Shown: one piece after another, positions 18,452 to 28,456 of the stretch | Position numbering within the stretch: the stretch's first letter is position 1 | Layout of the letters: each line of letters begins with the position of its first letter | Origin: an uncultured Verrucomicrobiae bacterium | Lineage (GTDB): Bacteria; Verrucomicrobiota; Verrucomicrobiia; Chthoniobacterales; Chthoniobacteraceae | Assembly: GCA_963769025.1 (NCBI GenBank) | Contig: CAVYKI010000006.1 | Coordinates: 512,001 to 576,000, forward strand | DNA length: 64,000 nucleotides | Direction: 5' to 3' | The notes under the pieces: model-generated | What the model saw: the letters and a program-made list of their open reading frames with translations, nothing else | The model's database searches: none | Told to the model about the DNA's origin: nothing | Position numbers and translations under genes: made by a program

Positions 18452-20569
18452 ATGGCATTGGCACTCCCGCAGGCACAGACACTCGCAGCCCCTTCGAGCA
18501 TGAACCGGGTGCGGGTTCAGTCGATCCGCTACTTTCACCTGCTGAAAAAGCGCTGGTGGGTGCTGATCCTCCTCGTAAGCATCGGCCTCTGCATCGCGGC
18601 ATGGAGTGTCATGCAGCAGCCGCCCGCATACGTCTCGACCGGGCGCCTGATGGTGTCCGGGCAGATCCGGGTGGGGGATTCCGCAGCGGTCTATTCCGAG
18701 GAACTCATGAATTTCTTCGGCACGCAGATCGAGCTGATGCAGAGCGGTGAGGTGCAGAAGAGGGCTCACACGCGGGTGCGTTCGCTGCACCCCGACCTGC
18801 CGCCCGAGAAGGTGGAATTGGTCGTGGGACAGCTCCCGAAGGCGGCGATTTTCGTGATGCGTGTCCTCGGCAAGTCGCCGGCATACGCGCAGGCGTACCT
18901 CGATGCGTGCATGGACGAGTACATCGCCACCAAGAAGGAAATGCGCGCCAGCACGCGCGAAGGGGCAATCGTCGCGATTCAGGATGAACTCGTCCGCCTC
19001 GAGAAGGACATGCTCAAGGAAGAGGAGGAGATGCATACCTTCCAAAAGGAAAACAACATCGGCTTCCTCCGTGAAGACGGGAACAGCGCCGCCAACTACC
19101 TCGCCATGCTGAACCGGCAAATGGCCGAACTGAAGACGGAGTTCGACCTCCTCCAGTTGCTCGATCTCGACCAGAATCTGGACAGGCCGCAGATGACACC
19201 GTCTTCCGGCGAAAAAGGGGGCAGCAGGATGGAATCGATCGTCTCCACGCCGGGCCCGCTGGGTGAGTATCTGAAGGCCAAGCAAACCATCCAGCAGCTC
19301 AAGGCCGACCGGGAGGAAATGTCGAAGACGCTGCGCACCAAGCACCCGACGATGGTCGCGCTCGACGAGCAAATCACCAAGGGTGAAGCCATGCTGACCA
19401 CCTACCGGGATCTCAGCCAGGAGGCTCTCAAGAGCCGTCGCAGTTCCATCAAGCTTCAGGTCGAAAACCTCGAGGGGACCATCAAGATTTGGGAAGGCAA
19501 GGCTCTCGAACTCGCACGGCGCGTCGCGGATTGGGACAAGATCCGCTCGAAGATCGATCGCACCAAGCAGCAGTACGACCGGTTGAACGCAAACCTCCGG
19601 AGCATGGACGTGTATCGCAATCTCGATCAGGATTCGGTTTCCATCCTGGAGCGCGCCTCCCCGGCGGTCTCGATGCGGCCGGGGCTGGAGAAAATGCTCG
19701 CGATTGGCGGCCTCAGCGGACTCGTGCTCGGCCTCCTGATCCTCTTCATTCTCGACAAGCTGGACGACCGCATCGGCTCCTTCTTCGAGTTTCGCGACAA
19801 GTTCCCCGAGACCCTACTCGGCCAGGTTCCGCGCGAACTCGGAAAGTCCGGCGTCGCGATGCTCGCCTCGAACGATCCACGACACGCCTTGCTCGAATCG
19901 TTTCGAACGCTGCGATCATCGATCATCTTTTTACCGATCGAGGGCGTCCGGCCAAAGACGCTCCTCATCACCAGCGCCACGCCCGGCGAGGGCAAGACCA
20001 CCATCGCCGCAAACCTCGCGATCACGCTCGCGTTTTCCGGCGCGAAAACCCTGCTCGTGGACGCGGATCTCCGTCTCGGCCGGATCGCGAAGGCCTTCCA
20101 GATCGACAGCGAAGTCGGCCTTTCCGACGTGCTCCGGCAGCGGATCCATTGGCGGGAAGTGATCGTCCCGACGTCCACGCCGAACCTCTCGGTCCTCCCG
20201 CGTGGAAAGACCCTGCCGCATCCTGCGGAACACTTCCTCGGAAAGGTCACCGACCAATTCCTCCAGGAGATTTATGCGGAGTTTGACTACATCCTCTTCG
20301 ACACGCCTCCGGTGATGGCCGCGGATGATGTGCTCAGCCTCGCCCCGAAGATCGACGGGACCATCTTCGTCATCCGTTTCTCGACGTCCTCGGCCCGCCG
20401 GAGCCGGACGGCCATCAACCTGCTCGTGCAACGGCAGGCGAATCTCCTCGGCGTCGTCTGCAACGACGTCCGCCTTGCGGAATCCGAATACGGCTACGGC
20501 AACTACTACCAGTATTCCGCCTACCGCGAGAATGCCGAGGCGGACGAGCCGGTGAAGACCCTCAAGTAA
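18452..20569 (+). CDS. wzc: Polysaccharide co-polymerase / BY tyrosine autokinase
   Basis: Two TM segments flanking a coiled coil, ESFRTLRSSI, Walker A PGEGKT, LLVDADLR, FDTPP, Tyr-rich tail EYGYGNYYQY. Confidence 0.92.
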   Translation: MALALPQAQTLAAPSSMNRVRVQSIRYFHLLKKRWWVLILLVSIGLCIAAWSVMQQPPAYVSTGRLMVSGQIRVGDSAAVYSEELMNFFGTQIELMQSGEVQKRAHTRVRSLHPDLPPEKVELVVGQLPKAAIFVMRVLGKSPAYAQAYLDACMDEYIATKKEMRASTREGAIVAIQDELVRLEKDMLKEEEEMHTFQKENNIGFLREDGNSAANYLAMLNRQMAELKTEFDLLQLLDLDQNLDRPQMTPSSGEKGGSRMESIVSTPGPLGEYLKAKQTIQQLKADREEMSKTLRTKHPTMVALDEQITKGEAMLTTYRDLSQEALKSRRSSIKLQVENLEGTIKIWEGKALELARRVADWDKIRSKIDRTKQQYDRLNANLRSMDVYRNLDQDSVSILERASPAVSMRPGLEKMLAIGGLSGLVLGLLILFILDKLDDRIGSFFEFRDKFPETLLGQVPRELGKSGVAMLASNDPRHALLESFRTLRSSIIFLPIEGVRPKTLLITSATPGEGKTTIAANLAITLAFSGAKTLLVDADLRLGRIAKAFQIDSEVGLSDVLRQRIHWREVIVPTSTPNLSVLPRGKTLPHPAEHFLGKVTDQFLQEIYAEFDYILFDTPPVMAADDVLSLAPKIDGTIFVIRFSTSSARRSRTAINLLVQRQANLLGVVCNDVRLAESEYGYGNYYQYSAYRENAEADEPVKTLK

Positions 20570-20587
20570 GGCGGCGGCACCGCCCTG

Positions 20588-22945
20588 CTAACGGGAATCC
20601 TTTTCGATGAATCGCAGCCAGGCCGCCCACGCCTGCTGCCATTCCTGCCGGTCCTCGCGCAACTCGGCCTCGATGAATGCGAGGTAGGACGGCGCACCTC
20701 GGACTGCCTGCAGCGACTGCAAGGTTTCGAGCGCGTCGTTGCCTTGCCCCGCGGCGCGCTGTGCGCTGAAGAGCTGGAGGCCGGCTTGGAAATCATCGGG
20801 ACGGAAGCGAAACGTCCGTTGCAACTCGGCCAGCGACTTCGCCGGGATCACTTTCGGCATCGTCGGCACGGGGCTGTCTTCGCGCGCGACCTTGCACGCG
20901 CTTTCGTAATCCTTCCGCTCGGCGTAGGTCATGGCGAGCCACCGCCAGCCGGTCTCCCTCAGCTCGGGATTTTCGGACAGCTTTGCCACCAGCAGATGGC
21001 GGTCGCCCTTGTGAAACCAGATCGAAAAAAGCGCCTGTCGCTGTGCGACGGAAAAGGACTTCAAGTTCGGCTCGGCTTCGATGAGGCGGCTGATCAGGTC
21101 TTCACATTCCAAACGGTCGGCGTGACGGAGGAAGACGAGCAGGTAATCAGGGTTGCTCCGGGCGAGTCTGCCCAGCCCGGCGTGCAGGCGACTCCGTCCG
21201 CGTGCCCAGTCGAGCATCTGGTGGTAGAGGATCGGTCCGCGCTCGCCGGCGCGTCGCAACGCCTCGACCCATGCATCCAGCGCGAGTTTTTCCTGCGACA
21301 CTTCCACCCATGCCGTGCCCTCTGCGAAGCACAGCTCCGCCCAGTGCGGTTCGAGAAAGCGCGCCGTCCCGAAATCCCACGCCGCACCCCACGTTGAGAA
21401 CGCCTCCGCCACGCGCGCGAAGCCGCGCTGGTAGTAGAGATCCGCGCCCAGCGGCTTGATGCGGAGCGCGTCATTCGCAGTCACCACCGCCGCGACGTAA
21501 TCCTTTTGCGCATTCTGCCGTTCGAGCCGTGCCTCCAGCGTGGCGAGTGTCGCGAGTGTGGGCGCGACCTTTCCTGCGCGCTCGGAAAACACGGAGGCAA
21601 ACCACCACGCTGCGATGCCCGCGAGCATCACTCCGAGCATCCGGAAAACCGGGGCGACCCAGCGCCGCGCTTCGCCGGCCCGGCGCGGATCCAGCGCCAG
21701 CCCGGCGAGGAAAAGCGCCGGCCACGCGGAGCCGGGGCGGTGCCCGGAGACATCGGCCAGCGAGTGAAACGCGAACGCCACGCCGCATACCATCGCCGCG
21801 GAACGCAGCGCACGATCCGAACCGCGCGACAGCGGGAGACACCGCCGCACCCACAGGGCGAATGCCGCCATGAGGAGCAGCGCCGCCGGCCAGCCCATTT
21901 CGACCGCGACCCACAGCCAGTCGCTCTCGGGGTGGATGGCGCGGTTCTGGTCGGCGGACGCCTGCCTTGCCATCGCGAAGACGGGCGCAAAATTCCCGAG
22001 CCCCTGGCCGAACCACGGCGCGGTCGCCGTGAGATGCAGCGCGTCTTTCTGGATGAGGACGCGGTAGTCCATGAGCCCTTCCCCACCCATCTTCTGGAAC
22101 CGCTCAAACGTCCGCCCGCCGAAGACAAAAAATGCCGTCAGCAGCAGCGTGATGCCGGCGACAGCCAGCGCGGCGCCCTTGCGGGACGGCGAGAACGAGA
22201 CCGAGAGGAGCACCCATGCCGCGATTCCGAGGAAGAAAAGCAGGATGCCCGCGCGCGAATACGTCTGCACGATGGCCGCGCCGAGGATGATGACCGAGAC
22301 GGTCCAGAACCACGCGGCCTTGCGCTGCCGCTCGAACGCGTCGAACGCGAGCGCCGTGGCCATGATCCCGGCGAGCGCCAGCACGTTCGCGGTCTGGTTG
22401 CGGTTTGGGAAAAAGCCGAATTCGTTGCCGACGTTCATCACCTTCGGCCAAAACGGCACCTTCAGCCCGGAGATGAGCGAGACGAGCGCGAGCAGCGCGA
22501 GGACCACGATTCCGCCGGTGTACCAGCGCGCGGCCTGCCGGCGCGTCTGCGGTCCCCAGAGCTGCGCGGTGATATAGAGGGCAAAGACCAATCCCGCGAA
22601 AAGCAGGCACGTCTCGTGGAGGCTCATCCACGGCTGCGCCGAAAAAGTGTCCGGCAGCTCCACGCGGAAGTCGGTCGTGAGCTGCTGCCGCCACGTGGGA
22701 ATGCGAACCCAGTGCGCCGGGAGAAACGCCACCAGCCCGAGTGCGAAAATCCCGGCGGCCAGCAGACACCACGCGGCTCCCGGCGAACGCCGTGGCGGCG
22801 CGACAATCAGCAGCAACCCGAGCGCCATGAGCAGCACCGCCTGCGCGAGCGTGTCCGTGGCGACTCCCAGTGCCGGCCCCAGCAGCGCGAGCGCAATCAG
22901 CGCCGCCGTGTGCCATTTCGGAGTGGATTCAGTCCGCCGTTCCAT
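20588..22945 (-). CDS. O-antigen ligase/Wzy-like family membrane protein with C-terminal TPR-like region
   Basis: Many TM segments; GFFPNRNQTA, TYSRAG, GQGLGNF and HPESDWL motifs. Confidence 0.85.
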   Translation of the reverse strand: MERRTESTPKWHTAALIALALLGPALGVATDTLAQAVLLMALGLLLIVAPPRRSPGAAWCLLAAGIFALGLVAFLPAHWVRIPTWRQQLTTDFRVELPDTFSAQPWMSLHETCLLFAGLVFALYITAQLWGPQTRRQAARWYTGGIVVLALLALVSLISGLKVPFWPKVMNVGNEFGFFPNRNQTANVLALAGIMATALAFDAFERQRKAAWFWTVSVIILGAAIVQTYSRAGILLFFLGIAAWVLLSVSFSPSRKGAALAVAGITLLLTAFFVFGGRTFERFQKMGGEGLMDYRVLIQKDALHLTATAPWFGQGLGNFAPVFAMARQASADQNRAIHPESDWLWVAVEMGWPAALLLMAAFALWVRRCLPLSRGSDRALRSAAMVCGVAFAFHSLADVSGHRPGSAWPALFLAGLALDPRRAGEARRWVAPVFRMLGVMLAGIAAWWFASVFSERAGKVAPTLATLATLEARLERQNAQKDYVAAVVTANDALRIKPLGADLYYQRGFARVAEAFSTWGAAWDFGTARFLEPHWAELCFAEGTAWVEVSQEKLALDAWVEALRRAGERGPILYHQMLDWARGRSRLHAGLGRLARSNPDYLLVFLRHADRLECEDLISRLIEAEPNLKSFSVAQRQALFSIWFHKGDRHLLVAKLSENPELRETGWRWLAMTYAERKDYESACKVAREDSPVPTMPKVIPAKSLAELQRTFRFRPDDFQAGLQLFSAQRAAGQGNDALETLQSLQAVRGAPSYLAFIEAELREDRQEWQQAWAAWLRFIEKDSR

Positions 22946-23005
22946 TTCCAGATGATGCGCGGCGTGCCGGATGAATTGCGAAGCTTCGTTCGGACATCCG
23001 GCACC

Positions 23006-24275
23006 TCAGCGCGAATCGCCGCGCTCCACGACCGGCTGCGCCGCCGCGATGTAATCCATGATCCGCGATTTTTCCTCGGCACTCAGATTCGCCCGCCTCG
23101 CCATGCCCGACACCTTCTGCTCCCACGCGCTGACCGAGCGTACATCGAGCATTTCCAAGTCGTGGCATCCCGTGCAGCGGTCGGTGTAGAGCCTTCGCCC
23201 GGCATCGAGGAGCTGCGGGGGCGTGCTTACTTTCGCCATGGCGAGGAAGGCGGGCGTCACCTGCGGGGAAGTGCGCGCCTCGAATGCCGCGCCGAGATCC
23301 TTCCTAAGCTCGCGCAGATCCGCGTGGTCGGAGCAGAGCTTGAGTCCGTCGTCGATCGCGCTCAGCGCGTGAATCGCACCGTTCTCGTTCCGGCGCATTT
23401 TCTTTGCCGTCTTGCAGAGCGAGTCCGCCTCGTCGATGTCGCCCTGCACGCTGGGCAGCATCGCCTTCAGGTCGGGGTGCGCGGGCTCCGCCTCGAGGCC
23501 CTCGTTGATCAGCTTCGCCGCCGCGACGAGATGCCGCCGCGCCACCGCCTGCCGTGCGAGCATGAACGCGCGCTGCGATGTCGCGGCGCGCTTGGAAATG
23601 TCTGCACGGTCGAGCTTCGAGGCAGGGATGGCGAGGCCGGCCACCTGCGCGCCGAGGCGCTCGGCGCCTTCGTCGAGCGGCAGCGCGAGGCTCGGCAGGC
23701 CGGCCTTGGCGAGTTGCTCCGCAGTGTCGCGGAGTCCCTGCAGCGCATTGATTGCCGATTGCTTTGCAGCGGGCGCGGCGCGCGTCTGCGCGATGGCCGC
23801 GAGTGCGCCGTTGAGCCGCGCGAGCAGCGCGCCGCCGAGGGCTGCGTAATTCTTGTCCTGCGCCGCGCGCGCGAGGAGACGCCGCGCCTCGTCGTAGCGC
23901 TGGTCGCGGAACGCCTCCGCGCCGCGGATCGAGATCGAGCGAGGGCAGGGGAGCGCTCGGCTCCACCACTTCGTCCGGCAGCGTGAGCGCGATGAGCGTG
24001 CCGTCGTCCTTGAGGAAGGACACAAACACGCGCTTCTGGCCCGCGTCGTGTTTGAGCAGCGTGAACTCCTGCCCCTTCGGCGCGAGCAGGAAATTCTTCC
24101 CCTGAAAGACAAGCATCTCGCTCTTCGTGACCTTCACCGGATCGCCGATGACAAATGCCGCCGCCGCCGCGCGGACAATGCCGGGCGCCGCGAGCACGGC
24201 GGCCAGCGCGAGCAGCGCGGACAGCGCCGCGAGCATCCCGACGCGGGAGAAATGAGGGAGGGTGCGCAGCTTCAT
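23006..24275 (-). CDS. Exported helical (TPR-like) protein with C-terminal cytochrome c domain; +1 frameshift near 23930
   Basis: Signal peptide MKLRTLPH... from 24275 (ATGA overlap with the upstream gene); second frame carries CTGCH and a distal Met (SGM). Confidence 0.75.
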
Positions 24276-25597
24276 TGCATCGGGAGCGAAAGTTCGACGG
24301 TCTTGCCGCCACGGAGCACCTTCGTCTTCACGCGCTCGCCCGCCTTGTGCCCGTTCAGCAGTTTGCCGATCAGCGCGCTCTCCGTGATCCGTGCCGACGA
24401 ACCGTCCAGTTCCGTGAGCACGTCCTCTTTCTGAAAGCCCGCGTTCTTCGCCGCCGCATGTTTGCCGTACTGGCCGACGCCCTTTGCGCGCAGCGCCATG
24501 CGGTCCTTCGCGATGCCGAGCTTCGCGCGTTCCTCGTCGGTGAGTTCCTCGAGCACGAGCCCGCCGAGCGCCATCCCGCGCATGGGCCACGTGCCGACAC
24601 GTTTTGAAATGTCCGCCTGCTCGCGCCATCCCGCGGGCAGCGCGATGCTGACCGCCGCCGGCGCGCCGCCGCGCTTCACGACCGCCGCGAGCGTCCCGGA
24701 TTCCGGAGTCCGGTGAAGCGTCCAGCTCACATCCGCGGGCGAGATGAGCGGCTGCCCCGCGAGGCTCACGAATTCATCCCCCGCGCGCAGCCCCGCCTTC
24801 GCCGCGATGCTCTCCGGTGCGACCGTCGCCACGCGCGCCGCGTGGTCCGCCGCCAGCGTGAGCCCGATCGTATCCGGTTGCGGGAACGGGTAGATCCATT
24901 CCATCGGCACCGGCTTGCCCTTGTCGCGATACGACGTTCGGAATGCATCGCCGACCTGATGGCAATGCACGCAGCTCTGCACCACCTTCCCCTCCCAATC
25001 CAGCTCCGCCTTGTAGCGCTGCGCCAGCGCCGGGATCTCCACCGGCGTCTTGAAAGGCACCGGCCCTCCCTGCTTCAGCGCGAGCTGCGCCTTGTTCCCC
25101 GGATAGCCCCGGTGGATCGCCAGCGCCCCCTCGAGCGTGCTCCGGAATCCATCCGTCGTCTTGTCCAGCGGATCGCGCTGGTGCGCCCACGAGCCGAAGC
25201 GCCCGTACACCGTCCCGTCGCCATTGAAAAACAGCGCCGACAGCGAAAGGTCGTAGTCGAACTGAAACCGCGCCAGGTCCAGCGCGTTCGCATTGATGAG
25301 CCGCACGCACACGAACTGATCCAGCAGCGGCGCCAGCGTCTTGTCCTCCAGCACCTGCGCGTCGATCCCCGCGCACGACAGGCACGGCACGCAGCGGATC
25401 ACCACCAGCAGCGGCTTGCCCGTCTGCTTCGCCTTGGCAAAGCCCGCGTTGAAATCATTGTAGATCCACCGCGCATCATATTCGAGCGCCGCGCGATCCT
25501 TGCGGACGGCGCCCTCGCGATCCTTCACGGTTTCGCCGTGGGCAGCGGTACAGAGGAAAGCGCCGGTCAGCGCGAGGAGGGGGAGACGGGGGGACAT
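24272..25597 (-). CDS. Thioredoxin-like (Trx7) + CxxCH + PDZ domain exported protein
   Basis: AKQTGKPLLVVIRCVPCLSC, SCVHCH, two PDZ-like segments (AAKAGLRAGD; AKNAGFQKED). Confidence 0.85.
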   Translation of the reverse strand: MSPRLPLLALTGAFLCTAAHGETVKDREGAVRKDRAALEYDARWIYNDFNAGFAKAKQTGKPLLVVIRCVPCLSCAGIDAQVLEDKTLAPLLDQFVCVRLINANALDLARFQFDYDLSLSALFFNGDGTVYGRFGSWAHQRDPLDKTTDGFRSTLEGALAIHRGYPGNKAQLALKQGGPVPFKTPVEIPALAQRYKAELDWEGKVVQSCVHCHQVGDAFRTSYRDKGKPVPMEWIYPFPQPDTIGLTLAADHAARVATVAPESIAAKAGLRAGDEFVSLAGQPLISPADVSWTLHRTPESGTLAAVVKRGGAPAAVSIALPAGWREQADISKRVGTWPMRGMALGGLVLEELTDEERAKLGIAKDRMALRAKGVGQYGKHAAAKNAGFQKEDVLTELDGSSARITESALIGKLLNGHKAGERVKTKVLRGGKTVELSLPMQ

Positions 25598-25727
25598 GCG
25601 CCGCACTTTGCGGGACACTGCGCCACTCTTCAACCCGCAACTTGTCCCGCGCAATCCCGCGTCCCCGCGAACGCGATTTCCACTACGGTTCCGCAGCTCC
25701 GGCGCTCTTCCACTTCGACACCCCCCC

Positions 25728-26294
25728 ATGAAATCCACATTCCTCCTCGCCTCCCTCGTTGCGTTCACCTTCGCGCCCATCGGCGTGCGCGCCGATGAAC
25801 CCAGGAAACTCGCCATCGGCCAGCAGGCCCCCGCCTTCAAGATCAAGGACTCCAGCGGAAAGGAAATCGACCTCGCCGCCCTCACCGCCAGCGGCCCCGT
25901 CCTCGTCCGCCTCACCTGCGGATGCCTCGGCTGCAACAAGGAGCTGCCCTATTTCCAGGAACTCCACGCCGCCTATCGGGAGAAGGGCCTCACCAGCCTC
26001 GCCGTCTTCCGCGAGCCCGATGCGAAGGTCGAGGCCTACGTGAAGGAGAAAAAACTCAACATGCTCTACGCCGTGGATGCGAAGGGAGAGAGCTGGAAGG
26101 TCTTCCAGACCACCACCATGCCGAGCAATTTCCTCATCGATAAAGGCGGCCGCATCGCCGCCATCTCCGCCGGTTGCGACACGAGCGGCCTTATCGCCAC
26201 CAAACTCTCCGAAAAAGCCGCCGCCCTCGTCGGCACCGCGTCCGTGGACATCCGCGAAAAAGTGAACGCCGCCAAACCGGCTCCGGTGAAGTAA
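25728..26294 (+). CDS. Exported redoxin (AhpC/TSA-TlpA-like)
   Basis: Signal peptide; IGQQAPAF, TCGCLGCNKELP and PSNFLIDKGG motifs. Confidence 0.85.
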   Translation: MKSTFLLASLVAFTFAPIGVRADEPRKLAIGQQAPAFKIKDSSGKEIDLAALTASGPVLVRLTCGCLGCNKELPYFQELHAAYREKGLTSLAVFREPDAKVEAYVKEKKLNMLYAVDAKGESWKVFQTTTMPSNFLIDKGGRIAAISAGCDTSGLIATKLSEKAAALVGTASVDIREKVNAAKPAPVK

Positions 26295-26301
26295 CGCGGC
26301 C

Positions 26302-26970
26302 TCAGGCGAACCACGCCGCGAGGTCGGCGACCTGGAGCTCGTCGAGGCGGTGGACGACGCGGTCGGCGTGGCCGTCGAGGGCTGTGGCGGAGTTGGTCGT
26401 GGCGACGCCGACGGCTTTCATTCCGCCGGTGTGCGCAGCCTTCAGCCCGGCAAAGGAATCCTCGAAGACGACGCATTTCTCCGGGTCGCGGCGGATGAGG
26501 AGCGCGGCCTTGATGAACACCTCGGGGTTCGGCTTTCCGAGCTGTACATTTTCCGAGGTGATGACGCCGCGGAAGAACGGGCCGAGGCGGACCTTAGCCA
26601 TCGAGACCTCGATGTTCGCGAGGTGGGTGGAGGTGCCGACGGAGCAGGGGACGTTGGCCTCATGGAGCCGCTCGAGCCAGTCCCTCACGCCGGGCATGGG
26701 ATCGAGTTCACGCCCGACGACGAGTTCGCGGTAGAGCGCTTCCTTGCGCAGCGAGAGGCGCATGATCTCCGCGGGGTCGGTGGTCCAGCCGAGGATTTCG
26801 GGAATGATGATCTCGTTCTTGCGGCCGAACCCGAGGATGAAGTGGTCGCCGGGCAGCGTGCGCCCTTCTTCCTCCGCGAGGAGTTCCCACGAGCGTTCGT
26901 GGCTGGCGGAGGAGTCGATGATGACGCCATCCCAGTCGAAGATGGCACCCCAGGCGGCTTCTTCCGGCAT
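26302..26970 (-). CDS. HAD-superfamily phosphatase (beta-PGM/CbbY-like)
   Basis: FDWDGVIIDS, GKPNPEVF and VFEDS motifs. Confidence 0.92.
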   Translation of the reverse strand: MPEEAAWGAIFDWDGVIIDSSASHERSWELLAEEEGRTLPGDHFILGFGRKNEIIIPEILGWTTDPAEIMRLSLRKEALYRELVVGRELDPMPGVRDWLERLHEANVPCSVGTSTHLANIEVSMAKVRLGPFFRGVITSENVQLGKPNPEVFIKAALLIRRDPEKCVVFEDSFAGLKAAHTGGMKAVGVATTNSATALDGHADRVVHRLDELQVADLAAWFA

Positions 26971-26972
26971 GG

Positions 26973-28430
26973 CTACTCGAGATGGCTGAGCACGGGCAGG
27001 CCGTATTGCGCCTGCACCATGCGATTGGTTTTCTCGGCCTCGGCGGCGTCGAGGTAGATCGTCTTGGGATCCTCCTCGAATTCGACCTTGTGAAATCCGT
27101 TCTCGGGCTTCGCGAGCGCCCTCGGGACGTCGTCGAGCGTCTGCAGCTCGACGCCGTTGATTTTTTTCACCAGCAGGTGGTTCAGGTCCTCGTATCCGAC
27201 CGTCGCGGAGGTCGGCAGCACGCGGCTGAGGAAGACCAGCTTCTTCGGGCCGTCCTTGAACAGCTCGGTCTGGTAGCGGTCGTAAAACACGAGCCGCTCC
27301 GGTGCGCGCCGCAGCCAGTCGGCCCCGAAATCCTTGAGATACTGCCGCGAGAGCTCCTGGAGGATGAGGCCGCCGGCGATCGCGAACCGCGGCCGGCGAT
27401 CGATGATGTACGGTTCGCTGGTGAGGCTCGTCGGCGATTGCCGCGAGAGCTGGACTTCGAGCGTCTTATGTTCGGTGCCGCGGAGGACGTGCAGCTTCAT
27501 CTTGTCGCCGACGAAATGATGCGTGTTGAACAGGTGGCCCACCGGGATTTTTCCGTAAGCGGGGTCGTTGAAGTTGCCGTCCTTATCCACGGCGAAGTCA
27601 TCCACCGCGACGAGCACGTCGCCCTTTTGCAGGCCGGCCGCGGCGGCGGGCGCGTCCTTGAGGACGTCGGTGATGTAAACGCCGCCGGACACGTCGTCGG
27701 GGATCTTTGCGTAGCGGCGCAGCGCGGGATCGCGCGTCGGGCTGTAGGCGTAGCCGACCCGCGGGAAGCCCTTGTAGTTCCCGGACGAGGCGTCCTTCAG
27801 GAAATGCTGGATCACGGGCGCGGAGATGACGTTCGCGTTGTTCGACTGGCCGTCGAAGCCCATCAGCACGCCGGTGAGCCTGCCGTTGTTCACGACGGGC
27901 AACGTGAAGCTGCTCTCGCGGCCCTGGAGTTGCACCGTCACGCGGTAGATGAGGAAGTTTCCGAACACCGGATAGTTCGCCATCTCCGCCGTGGTCATGG
28001 GGCCTTTCGTGACGAGCAGACGCCCGTTGTTTTCGAGCTGCCACACGCTGAGCTGATCGCCGATGGCGCTTTCCGCGACCTGCAATGGCGGAAAGCTGGC
28101 GAGGAATTCCGGACTGTCGGCCTTCAGCAGCGCGAGGTTTGCCTCGTAGTCCACGGTCTCCACCGTGGCGGGGACCTTGCGCCCGCCCTCGGGCCGCTCG
28201 AGTTCGAGGTAGGTGGAATTTGCGACCAGTTCGGCGGCGACGAGCACGCGCTGGCCGGCGATGACCGCGCCGATGGCGCGGCGCGTGAACGGCTGCCGCT
28301 TGCCCCAAGGGCGGTGGAAATCCCACGCCTGCGTGGTGACGTTCACGCGCACGACGCTCAATTCAGCCTCGGCGCGCAGGCCGTCGGATGCGAGGAACAG
28401 GAGCGCGAGGAGGAGCGAAATGCGGTGCAT
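26973..28430 (-). CDS. Catalytically degenerate trypsin-like/PDZ (HtrA/Deg2-type) protein
   Basis: Colinear with the upstream protease, but triad motifs read AAELV / ANLALL / RESSFTLP. Confidence 0.85.
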   Translation of the reverse strand: MHRISLLLALLFLASDGLRAEAELSVVRVNVTTQAWDFHRPWGKRQPFTRRAIGAVIAGQRVLVAAELVANSTYLELERPEGGRKVPATVETVDYEANLALLKADSPEFLASFPPLQVAESAIGDQLSVWQLENNGRLLVTKGPMTTAEMANYPVFGNFLIYRVTVQLQGRESSFTLPVVNNGRLTGVLMGFDGQSNNANVISAPVIQHFLKDASSGNYKGFPRVGYAYSPTRDPALRRYAKIPDDVSGGVYITDVLKDAPAAAAGLQKGDVLVAVDDFAVDKDGNFNDPAYGKIPVGHLFNTHHFVGDKMKLHVLRGTEHKTLEVQLSRQSPTSLTSEPYIIDRRPRFAIAGGLILQELSRQYLKDFGADWLRRAPERLVFYDRYQTELFKDGPKKLVFLSRVLPTSATVGYEDLNHLLVKKINGVELQTLDDVPRALAKPENGFHKVEFEEDPKTIYLDAAEAEKTNRMVQAQYGLPVLSHLE

Positions 28431-28456
28431 GGGAAATCGGGGAAAGGGATTCATCT

